This document shows, in pieces, positions 1 to 12,430 of a stretch of DNA of 64,000 nucleotides. Position numbers and translations under genes: made by a program. The notes beneath the pieces are model-generated. The model made no database searches. It was not told the DNA's origin and worked only from the letters and a program-made list of their open reading frames with translations. This stretch comes from Phoronis australis (Eukaryota > Animalia > Phoronida): assembly GCA_002633005.1 (NCBI GenBank), contig NMRA01000555.1, positions 33,774 to 97,773 of the forward strand, given 5' to 3'. Within the stretch, counting starts at the first letter, position 1. Every line of letters begins with the position of its first letter.

Positions 1-327
1 GGCCCATGCGACCATACCTGAAACATAATCTAATGCATAAGAGTCATATCAGTAGAAAACCCTTCACCAGTTCTTGATAGTGTCCGATTATAGAGGAAGA
101 AAACGACAAATGATTTAATTAATAAATTCATAATAACAGGGTGTAATAATAACATGAAAAGGAAATGAATCAGAGAGGTCATGTAAATGACCAATTAAAC
201 AAGCGGGTAAATAATTATAATGATTCAAAATATTTCTACCCTAGCAAAACTAAGATTTTAGAAAATGGCTCCTTCACAGTTGTTGTGAAGAATCGAGTCA
301 GGCATTTACCAAAAAATTATGCATCTC

Positions 328-437
328 TATACATATATATATGTGTGTGTGTGTGCGTGCATGTGTGTGTGTGTGTGTGTTTGCGTGTGTGTACGTGTGT
401 CTGAGCGTGCATGCGTGTATGCGTGCCTGTGTATGTG
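328..437. repeat. (TA)n/(TG)n microsatellite
   Basis: tatacatatatatatgtgtgtgtgtgtgcgtgc... seen directly; explains the CV/HT-repeat ORFs. Confidence 0.95.
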
Positions 438-464
438 CAGTGCTGTGCATCAAATTGCACAGAT

Positions 465-1395
465 CCCTTAAATAATGATGAGTCCTTCAAACTAGGTTTT
501 TCATACATAATTAGAAGCGACTCTAATGTTCATAACCTGTTTATATCTTTCCCATTGTAGTGAATGACTATATTGTCAACATTCTCCTGACGAGTTATCT
601 TGCAACCATGAACGTTTTGAAAGTGGTCTTTTAGAGAGCCATTTTGCAAATGTATTGAAATTCGTGGCGACAAGGAGCAGTCTGTGTGCCCAATGTACTT
701 TTTTTCTCAGTCAAGAGGACGGAAACGTTCGAGCGCGGGGCAAGTGAACTCATAAACAATATTTCATCTAGCAACAGTGTGGACTCTCTGACGACTAATA
801 TTATTTTTCATCACTGAATTAGAAGTCTTCATCTTTTTGTAATAAATAATAACAGCTAGATTAAAAACTCTTCGATATTATGCTCTTTAGAATTTGATCA
901 TCTTGTACATAATTTTGGGACATAGTTTTTGTTGTATAGTCTTTTAACATTACCAGTAAATGTTTGTACATGATAATGGTGTTCAATTTTTGAGACAAAC
1001 GGAGTAATGTGCTTATCCATGAATGAATTTGTGTAACCATTATTTATTAGTAGTTTCTTTACATGCTGAGCTTCCCTAATAAACAGGTTTCAGTTCGACG
1101 ATACAATGCGAGCCCTCTTTAAGAGATTGACTAAAAAACTCAGGACAGTCACTGTAAGCATGTAGACAAATTCCTTTGTCCGTAGGCTCGTGATATACTC
1201 ATGTGTTCAATCTTGTGTCTGGGCTACATAGAAGAAAATCTAGAAAAGGTATCTTATCATTCAGAGATGTTTCATGAGTGAATTTTAGCACTGAATGGTT
1301 CTTAAGCATAGTCTTAAGCTATAACATTTCATCAAAATTACAATAGATGAAAATATCAACATTCCGAACATATATACGAATGTGGTCTATGCTGC
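465..1395 (-). mobile_element. Decayed Penelope-like element (Naiad-type), RT thumb plus GIY-YIG endonuclease fragment
   Basis: Colinear homology to 60300-61265; minus-strand remnants KFTHE..NDKIPFLD, NNGYTNSF.DKHI, YEFTCP, LESLLIMYEKPSL; stops and indels. Confidence 0.85.
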
Positions 1396-2059
1396 ATGAA
1401 ACACTCCCTATTAGGAGCTCAACTAAGTTCCCTAAATGTTTTGCATATTTGTTTCGTTCATAACTCACACCTGTAATATTTTACTATCATTTTACCTTTG
1501 TTACAAGCTCCTCTTTAACTAATGACATTTTCTAACAATATAACTAAAAACTGGACCCTTAATTCAAGCAAAGCAATCGGGGATTTAGGTCTTAAATTAG
1601 GGGTGTTGCACGAAAAGATCCCTACTTATTTTCTATAATACTGCGAAATCGACGTATATTGCAGAGTTCACTCTCGATTTGCATCAACGCCAATAATCGG
1701 CCTAGTAATAATACTCAAAGAGCACAAGAAAAGACAATCAGAGTTTTCACAAGCCCTCGAATACACAGTAGATTTAGGAAACTTGCAACAGGGCACTGGA
1801 TCCCTGGCAGGAGCAGTACAACACGACATATTGAAATAAATATGTGGCGTTTAGGTTCCATGGAAATGATTCCTGTGCGTGCTAAGAGTTGCCGCGGTGC
1901 GTGATAACTCTTTGTGGATACTTGGGATTCCTCTTCCGTGGTCACCCACGGGAACCTGGTCGCATGGAGATCGATATAGGTTAGCATATCCATTGTTCTC
2001 ATTGAAGAAGACAAGAAAATAAGATTAATGGTCACCAGATTTACAGTTTGGAGAGAAAT

Positions 2060-2650
2060 NNNNNNNNNNNNNNNNNNNNNNNNNNNNNNNNNNNNNNNNN
2101 NNNNNNNNNNNNNNNNNNNNNNNNNNNNNNNNNNNNNNNNNNNNNNNNNNNNNNNNNNNNNNNNNNNNNNNNNNNNNNNNNNNNNNNNNNNNNNNNNNNN
2201 NNNNNNNNNNNNNNNNNNNNNNNNNNNNNNNNNNNNNNNNNNNNNNNNNNNNNNNNNNNNNNNNNNNNNNNNNNNNNNNNNNNNNNNNNNNNNNNNNNNN
2301 NNNNNNNNNNNNNNNNNNNNNNNNNNNNNNNNNNNNNNNNNNNNNNNNNNNNNNNNNNNNNNNNNNNNNNNNNNNNNNNNNNNNNNNNNNNNNNNNNNNN
2401 NNNNNNNNNNNNNNNNNNNNNNNNNNNNNNNNNNNNNNNNNNNNNNNNNNNNNNNNNNNNNNNNNNNNNNNNNNNNNNNNNNNNNNNNNNNNNNNNNNNN
2501 NNNNNNNNNNNNNNNNNNNNNNNNNNNNNNNNNNNNNNNNNNNNNNNNNNNNNNNNNNNNNNNNNNNNNNNNNNNNNNNNNNNNNNNNNNNNNNNNNNNN
2601 NNNNNNNNNNNNNNNNNNNNNNNNNNNNNNNNNNNNNNNNNNNNNNNNNN
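2060..2650. other. Assembly gap (N run)
   Basis: Run of n. Confidence 1.
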
Positions 2651-2720
2651 GTGAAATTTTGTGGTACCCCGGGTAGGGAGGGCGGGAGAGGTATAAACTT
2701 GTCTAATTAGGAAAACTTAC

Positions 2721-2831
2721 GAGTGAATGTACTGTTGCTTGAGGCTGGGCCAACAGGAAGCTGGAGAGAAAGAACAAAAAGCGCAACCATCGGACTTGGT
2801 AGGAACTAACCAGCAGTTGGATATGAAGCAT
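2721..2831 (-). CDS. Putative signal-peptide first exon, copy 1 (MLHIQLLVSSYQVRWLRFLFFLSSFLLAQPQATVHSL)
   Basis: ATG at 2831-2829, 37 open codons with a hydrophobic core, then a GTAAGT donor; near-identical inverted copy at 47859-47969. Confidence 0.45.
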
Positions 2832-2898
2832 GAAGGGCTCTATAATGGTATTTGCCCAAATAATAGGATTTATGTCAGAGTGCCATAAATCTCATTAT

Positions 2899-3090
2899 GT
2901 GAAGATTGCGTCGAGTAGACAGTTTGGGCCACTTGAGACTATTCAAAACCTGATCACTATTGGAATCCCTGTAAGCTCCCGTTATGGGTAAGGCAGCTTG
3001 ATACTGTAACTTTATCAAATGTTGGAGTGCACCTGTATTGGAAGACTGATATATAATATCACAATAATCGATGTGTGGAAGTATAAAGAA
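2899..3090 (-). mobile_element. CR1/L2-group (Crack/Daphne-like) LINE, RT C-terminal fragment
   Basis: ILPHIDYCDIIY...LQYQAALPITGA...LKWPKLSTRR; diverged inverted homolog of about 4840-5035. Confidence 0.75.
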
Positions 3091-3094
3091 CCAC

Positions 3095-3570
3095 AAGAAC
3101 ACGAACCAGTACTATTACGACACCGCCAAGGCGGCGATCTGTAGAGCGACACGAGGAGGACCGGTGTCTCGCGAGAGAACCCGACGAGAGTACGGTACCC
3201 GAGGGGTCAAGATCAACCGCATCGCAGAGAAGACGTTGAGTCAGAAGGAGCAGGTCACCCTCAGTCGACTGCGTAGCAGCCACCACGCGGAGTTGTTATA
3301 TTGACTTGCCAAACTCGGCCGAGCGGGGGACACGGTGTGCAGAAAATGCGGTCTGCTTGACGAAACAGCTGAACACGTTATGCATGAATGCCAGAGGGTG
3401 CACATCACCCCCATCAACTCCAACCCCTGTTGACACCCTCTTCAAAGATCCCCACCTTACGCTTAAATTATGGGAGGAATGGACTTCAACTCCGGATCTG
3501 GAGACCGTCTCCCAACCCACTCCCAAGTATCTCGTTGCTCAAACAACAACAACAACAAAAACAACAACAG
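3095..3570 (+). mobile_element. 5'-truncated I/Nimb/Ingi-like LINE 3' end with CCHC knuckle and (CAA)n tail
   Basis: EQVTLSRLRSSHH followed by CRKCGLLDETAEHVMHEC (CX2CX8HX4C); ends in aaacaacaacaacaac at 3541-3569. Confidence 0.7.
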
Positions 3571-3579
3571 ATTCAAGGA

Positions 3580-5660
3580 GCATTCACGCCTGGTAGAGAC
3601 TTTAGTTAATTAAACCAAAGTTGATCACCTCCAAAAGGTTTTTTCACAAATTAACAGTGTAAGCAAGAACTTCAAAGAATACTGGAATCTTATCATTAAA
3701 ATTCTCGGCAGTCAGCAACAATCCTCTTGCCCAGTCATCAACCACAATGGTAACCTAGCCTCAAGTAGCAGTCACAAGTGTGGCCTATTTCTCAAAATTT
3801 TCACGAACAAAAGCCAAAATACCCCAAATGATGTGGGTAATTATCCATTTCTTCATGCACGTTGTCCCAATCAACTATTTGATATCCTGATAACATATTT
3901 AACAAACTTTTTCAGCTAGGTATATATCCGTCTCCTTGGAAACATAGAATTATGGTTCCTAGACACAAAAATGACTCCAAAACTGAAATTTTTAATCATC
4001 GCCCAATATATTTACTTAACATCCTATCCAAAATCTTCGAGAAGACCATTGCTCAAAATATTCTTATATTTCTCAAACAAAACAACATCGTCAATTTTGA
4101 TTATTGCCTGGAAAGTACATCGTGGCACAACATATTGAAATATTTTATGAGATTCATTTACATTTTGAGAAGGGCGAGAGTGTCAGGTCCATCTTTCTAG
4201 ATATAGCCTATGCTTTCGACTGTGTCCCTCATGACTTTCTACTCCACAAACTTCAATCTTTTGAAAGTACTGGGAATCTTATAAATATATGTATGATCAC
4301 CTCATATCTCTCTGATCGTACATACAGTGTTCGTGTCGACGGTGCTCTTTCAACACCCTCTCCTGACTTTGTAAACGCAGGTGTACAGCAGGGTAGCGTA
4401 GTAGGCCTTCTTCTCTTCTTGGTATATATTAATGACATTCCTGATAACTGTCATGTAGCACATACCTTTATGCAGATGACACGGCAAGTTTTAACCCCTT
4501 TTCAGAGAGCAGCCCTGAGAGTTTTTATAGCTACAACACGACTTGAATAAGCTATTGGTCCCAAGATTGGAGAATAATTTTAACCCAGAAAAAGCATTGA
4601 CCGCACTTTTTACAAATCTAATAATTCTCTCTTCTTTGTGGACCCATTCTATTACCTTAAACGTAATGATGAAATAATTCCTAGAAAACAGTCGGACAGT
4701 TTGGTATACTGTTAGATGAAAAACATTCGTTGACACCTAATGTTCTGGAGTTCGTACAGAAATTCAGAAATTAATTAACTTAAGCTTGTCTATCATTATC
4801 GGTATTCTACGCATTTAGAAGCCCTGTTCAAAAACTTTATACTTCCACACATAGATTATTGTGATATTATATATCAACACTGGTGCAATCCTGCATTTAG
4901 AAAAAGTAGAGTATGAAGTTGCCTTACTCGACTGGAGCTTACAGAGGATTCAATGGTGTTAAGGTTTTTTAAAACCTCAACTATTTAAAAATAGTCTCAA
5001 GTGGCCCAAACTGTCTACTCGAAAAAATCTTCACGTGACTACATTTACTTTCAAAGTACTTAACAATTTCAGCAATGCCTCTGTCAAAAATTATTTGGTC
5101 TATGTACTAAACAAAGTCATGGCACTGGTTTGAGGTCTTCCGCCCCATGTGCAAGCCCTCCGTCGTTAGTTAGGCATTCAGAAGGATAACATTTAGGATA
5201 TACATCAACAACTGAAATTCTCTTCCAGTGTCTGTACAGGAAAGCAAATCTTTTACGAGTATAAAAAAATTAGAACTGATTTTTCATAATTTTGACAATT
5301 CAATAGCCCTGGCACAATTCTCGCTTTCCCGTGACAACGAAATAACAATGTACCGATCGTGATGCGGTCTTTTACTCAACTCCGACAAGTTTAGGCACAA
5401 CTTTAGTAATGCCTCTTCAAACTGTAATTGTCCCGACCATCAATCTTAACCTCACGTTTTCTTTAAATTGACTCTCGTCGAATACCCGATAAAGTTACTC
5501 TTTCGTGCACTCAATAAAAACCAATTAATTGCTAATACTTTCAATTCCTGTAATATCTCTACTAAAGTTACATTATTATTAAATGATAGTCCAAATTTCG
5601 ACATTTTTTCTCAATGAATTCCTCTTAAGCAATGTTGGTAAATTTCAATGCATCACTTAT
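3580..5660 (+). mobile_element. Decayed CR1/L2-group LINE ORF2 (reverse transcriptase)
   Basis: HRPIYLLNILSKIFEK, IFLDIAYAFDCVPHDFLLHKL, GVQQGSVVGLLLFLVYIND, frameshifted YADDT (tatgcagatgacacg), LPHIDYCDIIY. Confidence 0.9.
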
Positions 5661-7724
5661 AAATCTTGTTGCATCTGATATCTATATGTCTAGGCGCTTT
5701 TGTTTTCAATACGGTCGTCGTAGCGTATCTAGATATTTGAGAACTTAAGTTAAATACTACTTACAGGAAGATAGTTCTATGCTTACTACTTATATTAATG
5801 TACTGTCTACAACCCAGATGTATTGCTTTGCCATTTTTCTTGTATGTTCTGTGTATTCTTCAATAATTTATACATCTTTGAAACAACACTTATTGGTTAC
5901 CATCTGGTGCACGCCCAAGGTACGATATCCATGCGACATGTATTGTTATGTCAATCTAAGACGCAATAAAGGAAAACAAATATGCGACCGATCGGCGACA
6001 ACCATACCTCCAGTTGCTTTGGCTAGTGGTGGACTTAGCCTCTGTATATCTTGTCGTCCGAATGTTTTAGAGACTTACGAAGAAAGTATGTTGTCACGAA
6101 AACAAATGATTTCTGTGCCTTTTGCCATTGAAAAATTGTGGTTATACCTCAAAACTAATCATTCATTTGATATGACAATGCATTACATAAGAATTTGACC
6201 GACAGAAAATTTCATTTGAATATGTGTAAAGAAATCCTCATAAGAAAAATGCAAGGTATTAGCTACGGTACAATCAAAATAACGTTCATTTGTCGAGTTC
6301 ATGTCTGTAATCCCGTTCACCAGGGAGGACATAATCGACCTTTTACTAAAAACGGAGTCAGGTATGTTATTTCGTCGTCTTTTTGTCCTAGATGCTGTGC
6401 AGTGAAACATTCCGGAGGAACAAACCCGATTGCCAAATATCAAAAAATATTAAAGACAGATTAATTGTACTTGCTGTCTCAGCGATCCCAGATATTGGAA
6501 AATTTTTCATTTTAGTACATTTGAGGTGTAGAAAATATAACTAATAGACTAGATGACAATGTTCTTATTTTAGGCGATGAAAGTTAAATACTTTGTCAAT
6601 ACTTGAGTCAAGTTTCATTCTCATAGCAGTGTGGGCAGATTTGGTACAGCAGTGGACACAATATAACCTCAAAATGGCATAACGGGGTAGTGTAGTAAAA
6701 CTACTAAACGAGGATGGTAAATCAGTATCTTTTTACAAGACATCTATATAGCAATCCATTGGCATCACGAAGCAATGCCAAGTGAAATGTGATTCAATGC
6801 TTTTCATTCAAAAGACATGGCTGCGAAGCCGTCGAATGTTTTTGAGCCTATACCTTTGGTAGAACATGTTTTTGGGAAATATTTTACCACTGTTTGTAGA
6901 CCCCATAGCACTACCTAGGTGTCAAATTTGGTGGAAATCGGCTGACCCCCACCTTGCCGCTGGATGACTGGTGCTGCCTTGGATTAGGATCTAGTTGTCG
7001 TTCCACGAGTGCACCAAAAGGTCGATTCTAGGGTGGCCGACTCAGATTTTGAAAACAAAATTGTGCGTACTTACATCCTGGTGGGATATGCTCAAAATGT
7101 TTACTAGAATTTGCCATTACATTTTAAGTTAGAGCAACATGAATATTTTGGCTCGAAAGGGATCATTTTTTCCAAAGAGGATCAGTTAGTGAAGTTGCTT
7201 TAAAACGGCTTGAAAGAACAGAGAAGAAAACTTTTAAAAATATTGAAGTAGACATTGAACCTCTTTATCAGAAGACGGTCTTTGAATTTTCAAAGGAGTT
7301 TTCGCTAATCTTCAAAGGAGTGCCAAAATTCGGTTAATTTTGCCCAATTTTGTGTTTTTGATTTTAGCCATTTTTGAGGTGCTCTAGGGGCCTGTGTGTT
7401 GGATGCTGGTGATTTCCAATGATATATTTCATCAGTTTGCTGTCTGACTTAGACAATAAAAAAATGAAATATGGACTTTTTGTTTTGTTTAAGCAACAGA
7501 CGAAAGAAAAGGCATACCATCGCGTATTTTTTGGCTTCAAAACGGAATTGATTTGTCATGCATTGCACTTGCCATGCTGTATTCATTCATTGTATACGAG
7601 CTTTATGGCGAATGTTGGTTCGAGCTTTGACCCTTTATTTTTGTTCGGAAGATTAGAAGCATTCTACCAATAAAATTGTCTGGCATGTAATAGTTGTTGC
7701 CCGTGGGCTGTTGTGGAACACGTT

Positions 7725-8095
7725 GTTCTTGGTTTCAGTCGGTTACTTGACAGGTTTATCTACATCGTAGCTCAACTCTGAGATTTGGGCGTGTCAGGTG
7801 GCGTTAAACCATCATTATCTTTGCCTGGAAGTGTTCATGCACGATACCTTTTATTTTAAATATTTTCAACCGATTTTATGGTGTTACCTTTTGATTGATC
7901 TAGCTCAATTTTTGGTGCCCATTATTTTCGTCTAGTAGTGGCATCCCACCACTTAAAATTTCTGCTGTACAACTGTTGGGTCGCGTGGAGTGATGCTGGA
8001 TATTATGCAGTTGGTCTCAAGCGGTTACCTGGTTGGTTGACCTATCTCAACTCGGACAGTTGGGCGTGTCTGGCGAGGGTAATCCACCACCGTAT
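7725..8095 (+). repeat. Two diverged copies (~7725-7815 and ~8008-8095) of a ~90-bp interspersed repeat, possibly a SINE tail
   Basis: Shared ggt(t/c)tca..cggttac..g..ctcaactc.ga...ttgggcgtgtc.gg..g...aa.cc pattern. Confidence 0.5.
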
Positions 8096-8129
8096 TTGTC
8101 AGGCAGTTTTCATTCATGGTACATTGGTC

Positions 8130-10490
8130 TATTTTGTCCCTTACAGACGATGTTCTAAGTCGAAGACATAGTCACAAGTGTTTCGTACTTCTGGAGTTTC
8201 GAAGCCTGTCCACAATTCTTAAAGCACCTGCCTGTGCACATTTCTCCCATACAACTGTTCATATGGTGCGAAACCTGTGCTCATTTGTACCTCTCGATAG
8301 ACAAACAATACTTCAAGCATATGCCGGTTCCAGTATGGTTGACGCTCTTGGCACATGTTCTTAAACACAATCTTTAATACACCCTTAATACAGTGACATA
8401 ATCCATTGCATGTCGGATTGTATGGAGCGGTGAAAACTTGCGTCGTGGATATTAGCCGAGGAACTTCTTCCAGCAGAGGTAAACTGTGTATCATAGTTAC
8501 TAAGCACCTCTCGTGGAAAGCCTACTCTACAGAAGGTTTCAAACATTGCTTCCGTGGTTCGCTCAACGTCCATTCGGGGTAGAGATACTACCTTTCAGTG
8601 TCTTGTGAATAGTCCACGATGGTGGAAATGTATCGGTTGTCTCTGTCCGTGATTGACGACATAAGACCAATCCAATCAACAGTGATACACTAGAGTGGTT
8701 CTTCAATAAGTGACATCTAACCCAAAGGCACTTAAGTGATCTTGCTCATGGGAGTTGTCCGCTGGCAGATGTCACATGATCTGCAAAAACGATTTACGGC
8801 ATTTCCAACTCTTGTTCAATAAAAGTTACTCCTTCAAACCAAGACGCCCATCAACAATTGACTTGTGAGCTAGCGTCATGACCTGTTGTCGAAATTTAGC
8901 AGGAACAACTATCTGATTCCACTCAATGGTGATATCAGCATACACACGGAACAGGGCCTCCTTTACCTTATCTTACCAGTATTGACCTCTTCCACGTGTT
9001 CTTGCTGGCTTGTCTTTCTCAACCAGTCCCATGAGGTCACGTAAGGAAGGACTGCGTTGTTGCTCGTATTCGAACTTCTTGAAGTCGAGACTTTCCACGC
9101 CAGATGTTGTAACCTCCAAAAGCTTAATGTTTTTTCTCTATTAGCCTGTGCTCTGGTAATGACTGCAGACATGACACCACCTTTTGGCTGTCGGTTGGGA
9201 ACATGATCTTTGTTGACGCCAACAGCATTCCCTATGATGAGCTCGTAAACCGGTGTGTGCGTATACATTACCTCGACTTCACCCACAAAGTACGGTGTGT
9301 TAACCTCAATCTTCGCTATGGGAAAGGATTGGGCTGTCTTATCTACTACCACGGGGATGTGTTGTTTCCCCGTCAGTTGATTTTCTATGACAAGGGACTT
9401 ATTCAGCGCCACACTACTACAACCGGTGCGTACCTTGATCTCGTTGACGTAACTTTCACAAACGAGTATATTGTGTGCGTATTACAGGAACCTGTCTCAA
9501 CGTTATCAATGTAGCATCATCTAACTTCGGGCATCCTTCAACTATGAGCTGCTCTACCGGACTACCCGTCGCTACCACAGCTTGATACCTTTCCGCCTTC
9601 TTGGTGTTTGTCCATTCTTGTTGCGAGACCGACGACTGGTCACCTGCAGCGGACCTTCTGGACTAGGAGTGTTTTATCCTGCAGTCCTTGTCTAAATGAC
9701 CCTTTCTATGACACGTGCAAAAATCTATTTCACCCTTGTTTCTGGTCGTGGACAAAGGAGGATTCTCTGCTGCTCTCTGTTCCTCTGTGTTGCTTGGCGA
9801 TGCCTAACTATTGGCCACCTGGCCCAAGTCTTTCTTTGCGATCCCCATGTCCAATAAACCAGTGCAGTGGGTTTCCTTGTGCTGTTGAACAATGGCCGAC
9901 ATCTTCTCGAAGGTGTTCGGTTTCCGTTCCCTCAGGAATACAGAACTCTCAAAATGGCACACCGCCAGAAACTGCTCTGGAATATGCAAGTTTCTGAGTC
10001 CATCATATGTCTCTTCGACCTCCGCCGGTTATGTCCATCGGTCAAAGAACCGTTTCAGTCTTGCCCCGTATTGGAACACGTTTTTAATCCTTTTCAGGAT
10101 TGGACACTCTGAATTTCCGTCGGTACTATCTTCCGCTCTGCTTATTCCCGTTCAAGCTCTGTCTTTTCCAGATCTTTTTTATGAACACACTCTGCTTATT
10201 CCGGCATGTGTAAGCTTTGCCTGTTCGAAATCTTGTTTATGAACACGCTCTGCTCGTTCCTGTGCAAGCTTTGAAGCTTTGTTCGTTCCAGCTAGCATTT
10301 ATGTGTACAATCTTCACGCTCCAAGGCCTGCCGGTATAACCAAACTGTTTTCCTTGCGCAATATACTTTCCAAAATCGATTTTGAAGTAAGGGTATTATT
10401 CGCAGAATGTACTTTATTAATTGATAATGAAATGGTAATTCCTGGATTCATAACAATTCAGCACAGTCACGTAAACCTTAATTTAAAACT
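8130..10490 (-). mobile_element. Decayed Ty3/Gypsy LTR retrotransposon, Gmr1-like (gag with SCAN-like domain, protease, integrase)
   Basis: EQFLAVC...FLRERKP (SCAN-like capsid); protease region ..TGCSSVALNKSLV..IAKIEVNTPYF..LIIGN; integrase zinc finger CRSCDICQR and core VGFPREVLS..TQFTS, APYNPTCNGL, STGFAPYEQLYGRNV. Integrase follows protease with no RT between. Confidence 0.85.
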
Positions 10491-10508
10491 CTTCCGGACT
10501 GGCCCCCA
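10491..10508 (-). promoter_or_regulatory. Primer-binding site, tRNA-Pro type
   Basis: Minus strand TGGGGGCCAGTCCGGAAG versus canonical Pro PBS TGGGGGCTCGTCCGGGAT, 2 nt after an ...ACA LTR end. Confidence 0.75.
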
Positions 10509-10510
10509 AA

Positions 10511-10976
10511 TGTCGAAGTTGATTATGAGTTTAGTTCAAAAGGTATTTATGCTGCATGGTTGCGTGCGTATGGAGAGAGAATGACTAAATCCAGTCATTA
10601 ATTTATCTATTAACGACTAATTAATAGAAGTGAAGCACTAATTCAGTACTCTAACAAGGAAGAACCTCGTTGAAAACACCGAATAGAACTATTGGAATAA
10701 ATACCAATTCGTGTAATTCATTCTAGTTTTTTCACAGGACAATGTTCAGCTAACTGCGTAGTATCATATCATCAAGGAGTGGAAACGGTCCCGGAACAGC
10801 ACGCAAATCCCCAGTTTTGCATCCCTAAACTCGACACAGGCATTGAAATTATGCGCGGCAGACGCCAGTCGGGTTAATCATTCTTTGTTTTGATGTGTGT
10901 TACGATACTTGACGTAGCATTCAGGATCTTTTCGTACGTCAAAAAGTATTATTAATGTTTGGAATGATTTGTAACA
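10511..10976 (-). repeat. 5' LTR of the Gypsy element
   Basis: Minus strand reads TGTTACA...TCGACA and abuts the PBS; the distal boundary is inferred from the TG..CA rule only. Confidence 0.55.
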
Positions 10977-11239
10977 GGTTTAGCAATGGCAATTACACCA
11001 ATGAATGCTGAATGTTTATGCTGTTACTTTGATATTGGTTATTAGTGAGGTAATATTACATTCCAAGCTCAAAGGGTTCGGGACAAATCAGAGTATTTGT
11101 TTACTCCCTATCCTATGTCTTCGGGAAATATATTACACGCCGACATGGAAATATATCAGGTATGTTTTCACCTGATCTTTGGTTTTTAGGCTTGAGGGCT
11201 AGTACTGTGCAGGGGAGATATGCATCGCTTCTTCAACAG

Positions 11240-12430
11240 TTCCTGAATGGACAAAAATTAGTTTTAAGCTTCTGACTGCAGCTAACCAGCAAGATCTTCC
11301 TATCCAGTGCAGATCTATTGTCAAAACCTGTTTTCTATATCGGAGACAAAGAAAAAAGCCATTGAGAAGGGGTAGCTATTTTTAAAGACATGTATGTAAG
11401 TGTTTTGTTAATGTCCTTATTCAGGCTGACATACATGTACGGGTTGTGGTTGTAAAATTTGGTGCAACTGAATGTGTGGAAACAACAGGTAATAGCGTTC
11501 GTGGGAAAGAGCATGGTGAGGTAATTTTGAGCGTTCATGAAGTTCTTCCACATTTCATGAAAAGGTTTTGCTATCTATTGAAAACCCACAAAAATATATA
11601 CCAGTTCTTGAATTCTGAATGACTGACCAGTCTTAACTAATACATTGAAAAGCTGCAAGTCATTTATAAATTCATGTGACTGCCATTTTTGTGAAAACTG
11701 CATTTTTGCTGTGAAAATAAGTGAGGTCGTATTTGAACATATTATTCTTACTGCCAACATACAGGCAATGGTGCCTCTGGATTTTTAATTACTCTTAAAC
11801 AACAGAAAGATTATCCATCATTTTTAAATAAGCCAAGTCTTCATATCTTCTATTAGATGAAGAATAAAAAATCTGAGGAACGGTTCCTTCAGCCATAGAC
11901 CTTAAGTGTGCTTAACAGACTCGTGAATCTGTAGTTGGCGTTTAAAGTTGCTGAAAGTATCAGAAATCAAAAGGCTTGAAAATGGGTGCCAAAGGTTTGA
12001 AATTGTCTCAGAAAACTTGCACATGTTGCAGACAAGTGATGCGTTTGAAGAATTGTCATGCCTCGGAATGAAAACTAAAGACGCAGTTCTATACGCTACT
12101 TAATATATATACCCTTGGTTTATGGAAATAGTAATTCTCTAATTTTTTGTGAAATTGAAGAGCAATTGCCATATCATATTTTTGAAAAAATAGGGGCAAC
12201 ATTTTTATCCAACCTGAAGTACTTAATTATTCATGTTTCAGTTTTTGTTCCAGGTTCAGCGACATTGTTAAGGTCACTTCAAGCCACAACATATACAACC
12301 TTTGTTACTCTTTTCTCTTCCCACATTATGCCCACACACCAGCAGTGCTACGTGGCACAATATACAAGCCAGTGGCCTTTGAGAAATGTGAACAGCAGTA
12401 ATAAGTTACCATAATGAAATGTGCCAGTGG
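11240..12430 (-). pseudogene. Decayed ubiquitin-specific protease (peptidase C19)-like domains, repeated at +2472
   Basis: Ordered minus-strand remnants: LNNV..T*..VLQV (Cys box), FHSEA*QFF (QDA.EF-like), LVCNMC, FILHL, FKYDL..FH..., DWSVIQNS; second Cys-box-like GFDN...SCWLAAVRSL near 11260-11330. Many stops. Confidence 0.4.

Noticed and set aside
165-508. Cys/Val- and His/Thr-rich ORFs
   Set aside because: Products of the (TG)n microsatellite and the PLE tail.
1659-2035. Overlapping ORFs next to the gap
   Set aside because: Faint resemblance to a LINE endonuclease, but no diagnostic motif could be confirmed.
2028-2710. Two ORFs of more than 200 aa
   Set aside because: They are translations of the N gap.
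2762-2763. tg versus ac doublet difference between the two signal-exon copies (also a complement)
   Set aside because: Two bases are too few to distinguish from chance.
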